Source of the DNA: the human T2T-CHM13v2.0 reference genome, Homo sapiens | DNA: 64,000 bases | NCBI RefSeq assembly: GCF_009914755.1 | Contig: NC_060930.1 | Reading direction: 5' to 3' (one strand) | Translations under genes and position numbers: made by a program | Shown: in pieces, positions 43,519 to 64,000 of the stretch | Position numbering within the stretch: position 1 is the stretch's first letter | How the letters are laid out: each line of letters opens with the position of its first letter | The notes under the pieces: generated by a model | Databases searched by the model: none | Seen by the model: only the letters and a program-made list of their open reading frames with translations | Told to the model about the DNA's origin: nothing

Positions 43519-43858
43519 CTAAAGTCTACTTTGTGTGTGATACACATTCCTTTCCTCTCCCTGTTGCCTTTTGGGCATTGTTGCCTGCTAGCACATCTCC
43601 AGAGGGAGGGACGGAGGGACAAGTGGGGAGGAGGGACTGGAGTTGCGAGAGGGTCAAACCTGCAGTCTCTTCCCGGTCACTCCTGTCTCCCCAGGTTGTG
43701 TATGTTTCAGTATCTTGGCTCTCTCTGGCTGGCTGCTTTCAGACCTTTCCTTGTGGGTATCTCTTATCTAACTGGAAAGAGAAAAAAATTCTTTAGTCCA
43801 TTTTCATTTGTTAAAAAAAAAAAAGACAGAAAAAAAAATAGAAACGGCAAAACACTAG

Positions 43859-44077
<219 letters not shown>

Positions 44078-44409
44078 TAGCCAGGCTGGTCTCAAAAATA
44101 AAATAAAATAAAAAGTTGGGGCAAGATGATCACAGCATCTTCAGAGAGTTCACTCATTTGATTCTCACAATCTTATGACCCAAAGCGGTTTTCAACATCT
44201 TCATTTTATAAGCATGGAAAATGCCACTCAGGTTAGAGCAATTGCCCAAAGTTCTGCAGACGAGAAGACACAGCAAGAAAACGACTCCTTGCCAGGCGCG
44301 GTGGCTCACGCCTGTAATCCCAGCACTTTGGGAGGCTGAGGCAGGTGGATACCTGAGGTCAGAAGTTCGAGACCAGCCTGACCAACATGGTGAAACCCTG
44401 TCTCTACTA

Positions 44410-44685
<276 letters not shown>

Positions 44686-44689
44686 TCAT

Positions 44690-46096
44690 ATACTCATTTA
44701 ATTAAACGTTTATTCAATGAAAGGATGTATAAAAACTTACAAATTTGAGAACTCAACTATACATGAAATAGGATGATGGGATATTCAGTTTTTAACATAT
44801 ACATATACTATAGCTATTAGCTATTCTCCCCTTCTCCTTCAGTCCTTACTTCTGGCTCCTGTTTTGTCTTGTGAGGCCCTTCTTTTATTGGCCTAACGGA
44901 AGATTAATGAACAATTTTTACTGCTTTCGGGCCAATGGAGAAAATTTCAGGCATTAAGAAAGAAGAAAGAAAAAAAAACAACCAAAAACCTGGAGAATAA
45001 ACATCAAAATCAAGTTTTTTCCCAAACAGCAATTAGATTTTTTGTCCTGATTTCTCTTTGCCATTTATTTTTGATGCTTCAATTAATGTTGCCAGTAAAC
45101 TATCAGCATTGACTTTCAGTCATTGAAGTTACTACATCTTCTGGTCACAAATTCCCCTGTAAGATGAGTATTCCTATATCCTTTTCCCTGCAGTACACAC
45201 ACTGATTTAAAAGTTAGTGTAAAACAAATTATCACTGGCAGCTGCTAGAAAATGGCATGTCATGTTCTATTCAGAAAGGCAATTTATAGAATAGTACATT
45301 CAAATTTGATTTTTAAAACAAATTTGTCAGAAACTCAAATACAGCATTTTGTTGTTGCTCAACTTGGAAAGAAGCCAGCAATGAGATAAGGATGTGCATT
45401 AATTCACCTGTTTATTAGCAAGTACCCACACATTTTTCTCTTACAAACACACAAACTCACAGCTTGTCATGTTGTACCCAAAAATTAAGATTGCCATCAC
45501 ATTATTACTTTTTCTCCTTTTTGTTTTGTTAAAGTAGATTTCTTAACTGATGATTTCTCTTAAGTGGACATAATCTCAAAGGATGCATTCTGAAGTAAGA
45601 CACCTGGAGGATGAATACTAAGAACGTTTTCTTGGGTTTAAAGTTTCCCCACACTTTCTAGATTTTGCATAGTACAGAGCCCAGCCGTATTTCTAAGCAG
45701 CACGCTGTTATTTTCTGACATTGTTTTTCTGAGAAGACTTTTTACCCAGGGAAAGTCATAATTTTAGCTTACCAAATTGGATTCCAGTTGTTTTATTATA
45801 TACCCTTCATTAGTTCCAAGTATGCTTCTGAATAATCTAAAACCTCTCAAAATTTGAGTTTATAAGTATAATGACCATTATCTTTCCAATATCCCCTGAA
45901 AGAAAGTCGATACATTCCAGGTTTATAATGCACAAAGCCTTTACAGAGGTGGGGCTGGGATGTGGAAAAGGGGAAGAGGAGAAGAGAACAAGGACCTGTT
46001 TGTATCATGCCATGGAGAACTACAGTTCTGAATTCAGGGAAGGGAGGGAAGATAGTCTTTGTAAAAATGAGAGTTTTTTAAAAAGATAAGTGACAT
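44690..46096 (-). other. ZBTB2: ZBTB2 3'UTR (3' end approximate)
   Basis: Repeat-free AU-rich sequence downstream of the ZBTB2 stop. TTTATT at 44709-44714 is AATAAA on the - strand. Confidence 0.8.
44709..44714 (-). terminator. ZBTB2: ZBTB2 poly(A) signal AATAAA
   Basis: Canonical hexamer on - strand, followed by GU-rich sequence (atgatgtcatgtc...tgcgtctttgtc). Confidence 0.75.
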
Positions 46097-47468
46097 TCAG
46101 TCTAGTAAGACGGTTTCTTGTTCCTTTTTGATGGAAGCTAACACTGGGTGGTCAGGCTCCGTTACTTCCGAGTCCCCACTGCCCAGGAGAATGGATCGCC
46201 CTTCGTCTAGGGCAAAAACATCCGAGTTCTGGTTTTGGCATGAATGTTTAACAACCTCATTGGGAGTGGAGAATGTTTTGTCACACAAGTTGCATTTGTA
46301 GGGTTTGTTTGTTTGCACCAGCATGTTGTCCATCTGACTCCCTTCCTCAAATGTGCAGAGTTCCAGAGTCTGTTTGTCCACCATGGTGTAAGTGTCGATG
46401 CTCTGGTTGAGGCACACGTGGCGGGCAGCCTGGTTGGCCCTGCAAAAGCTTTTGTCACAAGTGCTGCACTTGAAAGGCTTCCCGGTGTGTATGTACATGT
46501 GTTCCCTCCAGTGGCTTTTCTGGATAAATTTGCGTCCACATATTGTGCACTCGTACTTCCGCCTCTTCACCTCCCTCTCCTGGTCGGCCTGCTCCAGGTT
46601 GTCAATGTCAGCAATGTCTGAGGGGGGTGGGGTTTCCGACTGCTGCTGCCCATCGATGATGGGAGAATCAGAGATGTGCTGCAGCTCACTGTCACTTATC
46701 ATCCCGGCTTCAGGCACTTCCATGGCATCTTTCCCGAGGTCAGCTGCATTGCTACAGAGAGTCAGGGGGACGCGACTTTCTCCCTGTTGGCTAGATGTGA
46801 AAGGTACTCCTGTGTGGATCTGGAGGTGTTCACGTAAGCTGCTCCGGAGAGTGAAGCGCCGTCCACACAGGTGGCAGGCATAGTACTTTGGAAAGCTCCC
46901 ATTCCTCTTCATGATGCTTGGCTTGACGTGGGCTATTGTGAGGGACGCAGGCTGCTCATCGGAGGAAGATGCTTCCAGATTGGTCTCCTCCCCGGGAGGA
47001 GGGGGAGGAACAGGAGTGGAAACAAGTTCTGGAGACAGCGAGGTCTGCAGGGGGTCTGAGGGAGTCATATTTGTCCGATTCACCTGGGCCAGATTTGAAG
47101 TCAGCTGGGAGAGCTGTGAGGCCTCAGGGACCTGCTCCTGGCTTATCCTGGAGGTCTGTGGCCGTGGATCTCGCCCGAGTTTTTCAGGTGCTGAAGCAAT
47201 CTTGGTGGCTTGTCTCAACTGATGATCTGCAATCTGAATGCCATACAATGAAGAAGCCAGTGGGAAAACTTGGTCAGGGTGAGAAAAGGCTCCCTGGCTG
47301 GCGAGGCTGGCTTCCTGAATGAGCGGGTAGGCGTGCAGAAACTTGATGCCCTGTTCTAATCGAACCGGGTCGATGAGCTGAGGCGCCATCTTCCCAGTGT
47401 ACATCAAGTGTAAGAGATAGCTGAAGATGTCGGGCTGTATGTCAGTTGGTTTCAAGCGGACACACTCA
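46097..47468 (-). CDS. ZBTB2: Zinc finger and BTB domain protein 2, last coding exon
   Basis: Acceptor tttctttcag|T GAG TGT GTC CGC (ECVRLKPTDIQPD; second half of BTB). Two C2H2 fingers (CHLC..HLQIH, CTIC..HMYIH) and two C2HC-type fingers (CSTC..HVC, CNLC..HSC). 1372 nt + 173 nt = 515 codons. Confidence 0.97.
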
Positions 47469-47694
47469 CTGAAAGAAACAAGTAAAAAAATACGTGAGTA
47501 AATGCCAGTCTAGGTGTTAACATAAAGCCTGAAGAAAAAAATGAATGCTTAAAAACAAAGGAAACAACATTTCCTATCCTTGATTTTTAGTAAGTTTCAT
47601 GAAAATGGGATGAAATAATCAAGAGACGAAGTTCACGTTAAAGAAATGTGATATCTTAATCCACAGATTCTTAGAGCAGTTTTTCTCCTAGTAA

Positions 47695-50954
<3,260 letters not shown>

Positions 50955-51779
50955 TGAATATAGTTTTACTACAGCTATAAGCCCTTTCGTATAAACTTCC
51001 ATAGTAATTTCCGTTTTCAATTATTCCTTCACTAGAATTTTAAAAGAAATGATAGGCTTAAACAACTTTAAAAGTAAGGATTTTTGAATAACATTAGCAT
51101 TGTCAGAAGGTTGTACTTAGAAAGGCCTCTCCCTCAGTGGTTTTATTTTTGATAGCTGAAAGTCTGTAGTTGTCTGTGATTTAAACATACCACTCGGAGT
51201 AGTAGACATAAGACAGGGACATCTAGTGGTAACTACAGCCAGAAATCTCCCTTGGAGCCAAACTTGAAAAAACTGACCGTATTCTCAGTCTATGTCTGAG
51301 TAGCCAGGCAGCAGTGTGTCATGCCCCACAGAGGAGGTGCTGGTTGAAAAGTACGCCCCTGGCCTTCACCCTGAGTTTGCCTTGCCTCGAGGAGCTTGAA
51401 TTCTGCACTAGGAGGCAGGCAAAGCTGGCCACTAGGCATGTGTCACCTCTGGTGCAGTAATACACCTGTTGCTTTACACTGTTGTATTACACAAATATCA
51501 CACCTCCTTGTTAGAAAGGCATTTATTTACTGCCCTATACTTAAAGGTGGGTTTCTTGCATCGAATTAAAACTCATTACGTAGTATTTTTGCACTCCTCA
51601 AGATTAAAATTGCCTCCTTTTCAATACCATTGAATTCACTGTGTTGAGACTGCCCAGTACAAAACCCCTACTAGGCCTTAAGTCTCTGACACACTGGAGT
51701 TAAAGGGAGCATCCTTAGTATTGCCAGAGGAGCCAACCCTCCTGGGTTATTCTGCAGTTGTCCCATCTGCTCCTCCAGA

Positions 51780-53400
51780 CATTGATCAAGTGGCTATTCT
51801 ATTGTGTGCAAATACTTCAGTCATACTGGGTGGTGGCGGCAAAGATTTGTAAAACCCAGTCCCTGCCCTCAAGAAACTTACAAGTGAAGAAGGGGGTAGG
51901 TACACACATAACAACATAGGGGAAAGGTGCACATTTGCACTCTTGTACACATATGCACTCTTATAAAGGAGCACAATTAAAGTGTTATGAGCCATAAGCG
52001 AGGACGTGGTCACTGTCGTTTGTTTTGTTTCACTTGACTGGGAGGGGTCCTGCATGAGCTGGGACTCAGGGAGTGGGCAGGATACCAGCAAAATGCGGTC
52101 CAGGTGAGCTGAAGCCATGAAAGCAGATCTGGTTAAGGTGAAGATGAGGGGTGGTGTGTCCCAGAGGGCCCAGTCGCAGATGAGACTAGAAGGAGGTTGG
52201 GCTCCAAGCCTGTGGGGCCTTGGATGACAGAATAAGGAGCCTGTGTGTTATTTTAATATGCACTGGGCATCCCCGGGGTTTCTGATCCAACGAATAACCC
52301 AGTATAGTAGGTTTCTCATCAAACACTACAGTCAAAGCAGTGTTTGGAAATACGAATCCAATAGTAATGTGGAGAATGGGTGATGAGGTAATGGAAGTGA
52401 GAAAGGAAAAGAAGTGACAAATGTGAAAGGTAATTTGAAGAAAACATGATTTGGGGACTGAGTTAAGCTTGGGATACTTGAAGATAAGAAAATAGGCAGG
52501 AGGAACTTTGGAGAAGGCCTAATTCAGTACATCCTCAAAGACACAAAAGGAGATACTCAACTCTAAATGCCCAGCACACAGCCTGAGGCCTTGGGAATAG
52601 AGTTCTGGAGACAGAACAGTCAAGGCCAGAGTTATAAACTGAAGTTTCCAGCAGAGGCGAGATCTAGGAAAAAGACACACACCCATAGGAAGGGTGCAAA
52701 AGACAAAATTTACCAAAGGCCCAGGTTTAGAGGGCAGAAAAACAAGAGATATTCAGCTATAAAAATGCAGATGACAACCACTTAAGAAGGAAGCAAACAA
52801 CAGCAGATGCTGGAGGACAGGATGCTAGAAGGCTGAGAGAAGGGCAGTGGTTTTGATGAGGGGTGACCTTTGAGAAAAGACTGCAGCAGAATGAAGGAGG
52901 GGAGGAAACCACAGCGCGCACTGATAGGAAGAGTGTGGGATGAGGAGAGTGCAGGCGAGGACCTCGATTACCCTTTTAAGGGCTTTCATAGTAAAGTGAA
53001 GGAGAAGCAGCACCGTAACTCAGGCAGACAGCAGTGTCCAGGATGTGCTGATCCCACATGGGCTGGGGGCAGGGTGGGGGGTGTATGAAAACAGATAAAA
53101 AGAACAGAATAAAAATAGAGGAGTGGGAACTCCCAGCATGAGGGAAGAAGGGAGATCATTTTCCAGAGACACTGAGATGCCCTTTTCTCAAGACAGGAGA
53201 GATGAGAAGAAAGAAACTGAGCAAAGATAGAGCTGTTTTAAGATAGAAAAGAGGGAAACTGGAGAAATTCATGCCCTCGAGCTTCTTGTTAGAGGAGGAG
53301 ACAAGAATAAATGCTGAAAGTCAGGGGGATACTCAGGGGACTGGGGCTGGAGGAATGAGAGATAGGGCTTAGATAATGAGTCCAGGAAAGATTACTGCTG
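51780..53400. mobile_element. Degraded L2-like sequence
   Basis: Purine-rich L2-type motifs (cagtccctgccctcaagaaacttacaag, etc.). Tentative. Confidence 0.45.
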
Positions 53401-53449
53401 GAAGGGTTCGCTGAGGTTGGGTGGCTGGCTTTATAATGGACCTGATCTT

Positions 53450-53930
<481 letters not shown>

Positions 53931-54039
53931 TCACCTAGGAGCTAGGAGACGTAGAGAGACCCATGGTCTTGATGAGGGCCAGGGACATGGAGGTTAAGAA
54001 GTCTACAGTCATTAGGTTATTAGCAACCACTTTAGTTAC

Positions 54040-54212
54040 CTGGTCTGATGGACAAACAACATCTTAAAGTAATTGGAGAATGAAGCAAGAACTGATTTGT
54101 GTGCCTTGAAGTATACATCGCCGATTGCAACCGTGCAGTCACACAGGAAACCAAACTCTCGCTGAGCGTTTAACTGTTGCAGTAGAATAAGTCCATGGTT
54201 GGCCAAATCCAT
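54040..54212 (-). CDS. ZBTB2: ZBTB2 first coding exon (exon 54040-54224; N-terminal half of BTB domain)
   Basis: - strand: tttgcag|attttttaaaaaATG GAT TTG GCC AAC CAT, translating to [57 protein letters not shown] + AG|GTAACT. Phase 2 matches the acceptor at 47468. Confidence 0.96.
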
Positions 54213-54414
54213 TTTTTAAAAAATCTGCAAAGCAAACAATTTTATTTTTAAGAAGGTGATTCACAAATAAGAATGTGTCCTTTATAGTCACCAACAGTCA
54301 TGATCATAGCTAACATGTCATCATAGCTAACGTGTCAGGCACTGCTAAAAACGTTACACAGATTAACTCATTTAGTCTTCCTAACAGTCCTCTGAAGTAG
54401 TTATGTCATTATGC

Positions 54415-54449
<35 letters not shown>

Positions 54450-54609
54450 AAAACAAAAAAACCAGATGATGCCATTTAAAGTAAATTAGGGAGTTATGTG
54501 ATTTGCCCAAGCTCACACAGATGGTAATGGAGAAGCCAGGAAATGAACTCAGGTGGTCTGCCTTTAAGCATCACGTCCTGGAGACAGACAGCAAATATCT
54601 TGGACCATC

Positions 54610-54674
54610 GAGTCTTTTAGTTTAAAATTCCAAATGCAAATGGAGTCTTTTAGTTTAAGATTCCAAATGGAAAT
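54610..54674. repeat. Tandem duplication, 2 x ~33 bp
   Basis: GAGTCTTTTAGTTTAA(A/G)ATTCCAAATG(C/G)AAAT repeated. Confidence 0.85.
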
Positions 54675-55164
54675 TCTAATGATGCATCAGAGTTTGTCAA
54701 TTCTTCCACAGAGATAGATAAATTAAGGTGTTGGGGCGGGGTCCCAGCAGGGCAGGGTGAGAATCAATAAGTCTGAGGGCCAATAGTCCAGCTCCTGCTG
54801 TGTGCTCCTGCTGGTGATGTAACAGCCCCATCACCCCTGACCCTTAACACTTACGGAGGAAGTGGGGTTGGAGCTCTGCTTCCTTCCTTGTGGAGGGAGG
54901 AAACCGGTCTTGAGAAGTATAAGTAATTTGCCCCAGGCCTTCTAGCCAAAAGGTGGGAGGGTCAAAATTTAAATGTGAATGTACTGATTCCAAATTCTAT
55001 GATTTTCATTATTCACACTTGACCCTGGCAAACCCCGCTGGCCTGAGTCTATTTATAATAGAGAGGCTGCCTGACATTGCCTGGTTCATCAAATCACTAG
55101 TCTGCTCCTTTTCCACAAAGAGCATTTATAAAAGCCCATTACACACAGACCAACATTATATTTA

Positions 55165-58418
<3,254 letters not shown>

Positions 58419-58588
58419 CAAGTTAAATTTTTAAAAGCCTACTACACATTAATTGACTAAATTTTTAAAAAGTGAGTATGCTAAACTTCAGAGTTAAGAA
58501 TGCACTGTAGATAATGCACTATCAATAAGCTTTAAAAAAAATCAAAGTAGACTCAGCAATTTTTAAAATTATTTATTTATTTATTTTT

Positions 58589-58685
58589 AGACTAGTCAAG
58601 TGCAGTAGTAAGGGGGAATAAAGTAGAACAAGGCATTTGATCTGTAACCAAACAATCGCAATAACTCACTATCTTCGCACCAGCC
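58589..58685 (-). pseudogene. Y RNA (RNY1-derived) retropseudogene
   Basis: - strand GGCTGGTgCGAAGaTAGTGAGTTAT...GTTACAGATC...CCTTGTTCTACT...CTACTGCACTTGACTAGTCT matches hY1. (TAAA)n tail. TSD CAGCAATT(T/C)TTAA at 58554-58566 and 58691-58703. Confidence 0.9.
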
Positions 58686-59944
58686 ATCCACAGCAATTCT
58701 TAATCAGCAGGTGCTGGACTCCCTACTCTCCCTTCCTGCTCTAGGGATGTTCAGGCAGATTCAGAAATTAACAAATATACCCTAAAATAGACAAATGTAA
58801 TGGAATAATACTTTAAGAGACTGATCAGGTCACAAATCAAGAATCCGGAATGTCAAATTTCATATTTTCTGCCACGAGTCATATCTAAGCACGAGATAGG
58901 AGAGTCATCCAATTTTGCACATCATTTGGGTATAAAGACCTAGACTGTTGTCTCATGCAAACAGATGGTATGGATCAGTTTCCCCACTACTTTCTGTGTA
59001 TGCCAGAGAAGGTGAAAGCACTCAGGTTAGGAAGGAGAGGCACAGAAAAGGCATGGGGTTCATGATGAAAGCCAGAGAACTGCTGGGTTGCAAAAGTAAC
59101 CTGGATTACAGAGAAACATCACTCTAACCTGACCTCCACCAAGGCATAACTTAGAAGCTTGTCTTCAAGGTTATTCTCCGTAAAGTGCCAGAATACTTCC
59201 TTTTGCATCTTACTAACCTGCTTTTCTCATTAAAAAAGTATCCTCTGAGACCCAACTGTGATATGCTCCCTGCCATGTCCTCTGACTCTGATCATGCTGA
59301 TCATATTTAGGCAGCTTGAGGTCCCACAGCTTCAGGTGTCACGCTCATCAACAGTAGCTTCAAGTACAGGAAAACATTACTATTTATCCCTTGATGATAA
59401 TGATAAGAATTGTTTCTTATGGAGTGCTACTATTGGCCATCATTTACATATGCTATTAATTTAATTTCACATCAACTTGAGATATTTGAAGTATTGCTGC
59501 CCACATTTATAAACGAGGAAATAGGGTTAGAGAGGGTAGGTGGCTTGCCCAAGCTTATAGAACCAGTACATTCAATAAGTAGGCTTTAAACTGGGATTCA
59601 CTTGGTTAGTTGGAATGTGCTACATGACAGTGTGTTTGTTTTAAATTAATATTATTATTTGCTGCTGCTTTTAAGTACATATACTTATTATAAAAGATTC
59701 AAATATTATGGACACACAAAATGTGAGATTTTTCTATCCACCTCTACCGTAACTCTTTTCTCCGTACTCTAGTTAATACTTGGTATTCTTTGCCAATATG
59801 GCTTTTTTACTTTGTATGCCTTTAATAATGAAGTAAAGCTTATTTTTACATTTATTGACCATTTGTATTTCCTTTAGTATCTTTTCATGAGCTCTGCCCA
59901 TTTTCCTATTCGATTGTCTTTTTCTTACCAATTTAATAAAACCA

Positions 59945-60258
59945 GGCCAGGTGTGGTGGCTTATGCCTCTAATCCTAGCACTTGGGGAGGCCAAGGTGGG
60001 AGGACTGCTTAAGCTCAGGAGTTCAAGACCAGCCTGGGCAACATGGAGAGACCCCCATCTCTATAAAAAATTTAAAAAATAGCCAGGGATGGTGGCACAC
60101 ACCTGTGGTCCCAGCTACTCTGGAAGCTGAAGTGGGAGGATCACTTGAGCCCAGAGGGTTGAGGCTGCAGTGAGCCATGTTAGCGTGCACTCTAGCCTGG
60201 GAAACAGAGTGAGACCCTGTCTGAAAAAAAAAAAAAAAAAAAAAAAGAAAAAAAGAAA
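59945..60258 (+). mobile_element. AluJ-like within degraded antisense L1M (~59780-60390)
   Basis: Alu consensus with old-subfamily diagnostics. Confidence 0.82.
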
Positions 60259-60560
60259 TCTATAAAACTCTTTGTATATAAGGAAAATAGGCCCTGTGTC
60301 ACATATGTTCTAATAATTTTCTCACTTTCTTTGCATTTGTTTATAGAGATTTTGACAAACACAATTTTATGTTTTAATGCCATCAAATTTGTCAATATTT
60401 TATAGGAGGATTTTGAGGTTTTGGTTTTTACATGAATGGGTGTATATTATTTCCTTCAATATAGCAAACTATATGGCTCCCTCTCTTTCCACAAACGGAC
60501 TAACATAAGCATTCTATTCAGACCATAAGAATGAAGTCATGATAGAAACGCTCAATATTT

Positions 60561-60646
60561 TTTAAGGGAGTCTACCAGTTATTTTAGAATCTCAATTTAG
60601 GAATTTAAGAGAGTCTACTAGTTATTTTAGAATGTCAATTTAGGAA
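60561..60646. repeat. Tandem duplication, 2 x 43 bp
   Basis: TTTAAG(G/A)GAGTCTAC(C/T)AGTTATTTTAGAAT(C/G)TCAATTTAGGAA at 60561-60603 and 60604-60646. Confidence 0.9.
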
Positions 60647-61449
60647 CATCCCCTAGATCAGGAAACACACTGAACATAAGCATTCAAATACAGAGGAAAG
60701 AATACATGCGCATGACCAGAGAAATGAAAAAAAAAAATGAAAAAGCAGAAAAACAGAACAAGTCGCATGTTCAAAATTCACGAGGGGGAAAATTCACACA
60801 GATCAACTTGAAAAAAATCTTCTTTTGGAGACCAAAAAACCTTTCTCAAAAAGAAAACCAAAACCAAAACCCCTAGACTGTTCCATATGTGAACTGCCTG
60901 AGGAAATGGGGCAAAAGGGTGGAGAAGGTACTATGGGCTCCACCCTGGCCCCTGCCCAGTGACAGTACTGACTTCTCTTAAATCTTTCTTTCCTCTTTTC
61001 TCATCACGGCTTCCCTTCATACTCATTTCCATGAGGCTTAACTGGCCCAAAATACGCCAGCTAGGGCCCTGGCATCCTCGTGGATGGCTTGGCTGAGGCC
61101 GCCCCTCTTTTGTGGGAATGGCTGTCTGCTCTTCCCACCTCCAGGCCAGCTCCCGCCCGGCTCTGCTCACCAAGATCACCAAGGACCTTGTTCCCCAGCC
61201 TCAGGGACTCAGTGGCTTACTCAGCCTCTTGGCGGCATTTTGTACTCTTCCTCCCGCTCTGATAAATCTTTGGTCTCTGGTTTTCAGGCTGCAGCTCTCT
61301 GGTTTTCGACTCACCACAGGCTGTTCTATTTTAATCCCCATCCAGGGGTTCCACTTGCTGGTCTCCTCTGCGCCTGGTCCCCAGCCTACTCCTCATTCTG
61401 TAGCCTCTTTGGTGATCTCTTTCACTTCTCCTTGGCTGTCCCCCAGGAA

Positions 61450-62270
61450 CCTTAAACTTGATTTAGGTAAAACTCAACTCAATACCTCCCTGTCCTCTCA
61501 CTGCCATTTACCCCAAAGGACAATAAAAACCAGGTACACAAATCTGCTCCCTCTTTATTTCCTGGCTCAGTGCAGGGCCCTGCTTCCACCCTCTGGCCAA
61601 ACCAGAAATCTCAATTCATCCTCAGGGCTCCATTCTCTTACTCCTCACATCAGCCCCCAATTGCCATTAATTGAAACTTTACCCTCCTGCCACACCTTTA
61701 GCCTCACCTCCCAACTCATCTCTCCATCTCCAGTTTTGGCCTCCTTCATGCATCCACCACACAACAGCCAGAATGACCTTGCGAAAGGGCAAACCTGATG
61801 TCACCTGCTTAAAATCCTCCTGTGGGCCGGGCACAGTGGCTCACGCCTGTAATCCCAGCACTTTGGGAGGCTGAGGCGGGCAGATCACCTGAGGTCAGGA
61901 GTTTGAGGCCAGCCTGGCCAACATGGTGAAACCCCGTCTCTACTAAAAATACAAAAATTAGCCTGGCATGGTGGCGAGTGCCTGTAATCCCAGCTACTCA
62001 AGAGGCTGAGGCAGAAGAATCACTTAAACTTGGGAAGTGGAGGTTGCAGTGAGCCAAGATCATGCCACTGCACTCTAGCCTGGGTGACACAGAGAGACTC
62101 CATCTAAAAAAAATAAAAAATAAAAATAAAAATAAAAATAAAATAAATAAATAAAATCCTTCTGTGGTTCCTTACTGCCACTAGGATAAAATCCCAGTGC
62201 CGCTGCACCTCTTCCAGGGTCCTGCACCATCTAATAGTTGCTTACTCTGCATCCCATACTCTGGTGCTAA
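61450..62270. mobile_element. L2 fragment split by Alu 61825-62156(+)
   Basis: L2-type motifs (aaacctgatgtcacctgcttaaaatcc...tgccactaggataaaatcc). Flanking AAAATCCT.CTGTG repeat around the Alu. Confidence 0.7.
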
Positions 62271-62488
62271 CCTAAACTAATGCTTTCCAGGCTTTCTGAT
62301 TTCACAGACGTACTAAAAACAACAAACCTCTAAACTAGGGTCCAACAGAGTGTTGCTCCCTCTTTATTTTGCCAGCAAAGACACAAAACATTCACAAACC
62401 TGGTAGGCTCTTACACATAAATACACAGAAATGACACAGTATCAGTATTATCCTCCCAGAGGAAGGGCAGGTGGCACTATATTCAATG

Positions 62489-63940
<1,452 letters not shown>

Positions 63941-64000
63941 TATGCAATTGTCAGTTTGGTGAGCTCTACGAATGGATCATCAAGGGTCCAGCTTGTTTTG

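Noticed and set aside
46244-47322. + strand ORFs opposite the ZBTB2 last exon
   Set aside because: Antisense shadows of a real CDS
51216-51232. Second CTCF-like motif (CCACTAGATGTC on - strand)
   Set aside because: Mismatch in the GGC core. Not supportable without ChIP data
61112-61798. 228-aa + strand ORF in ZBTB2 intron 1
   Set aside because: Ser/Leu/Pro-rich product of pyrimidine-rich sequence overlapping an L2 fragment. No recognisable domain or splice structure

Overview
Human (primate) genomic DNA that I recognise as the AKAP12/ZBTB2 locus (chr6q25.1, from memory of the proteins). The + strand carries the 3' part of AKAP12 (gravin). This includes the beta-isoform promoter and first exon (MLGTITIT, 6445-6469), a CpG-island first exon that gives the gamma N-terminus (ATG-G, 22358-22361), a 5,045-nt coding exon (29284-34328), and a wholly non-coding last exon (36304 to ~39120) with alternative poly(A) signals. 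The - strand carries ZBTB2 exons 2 and 3 (complete 514-aa CDS; exon 2 is missing from the ORF track), converging tail-to-tail with AKAP12. The rest is intronic or intergenic: roughly 55-60 Alu copies, old L1/L2/MIR/LTR/DNA-transposon fragments, a 7SK retrocopy, a Y1 RNA retrocopy and short tandem repeats. Nearly all short ORFs in the track are Alu/L1 or antisense artefacts. I see no evidence for a new multi-gene system. The most interesting signals are small-scale: an in-frame stop-interrupted upstream ATG in the AKAP12 gamma exon, a templated-insertion repair scar replacing an Alu tail, a 55-nt MIR-derived near-perfect hairpin, serial re-use of one insertion site by four Alus, and a local ~280-bp duplication abutting the gamma CpG island. 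Repeat family names and boundaries were assigned by eye and are approximate.
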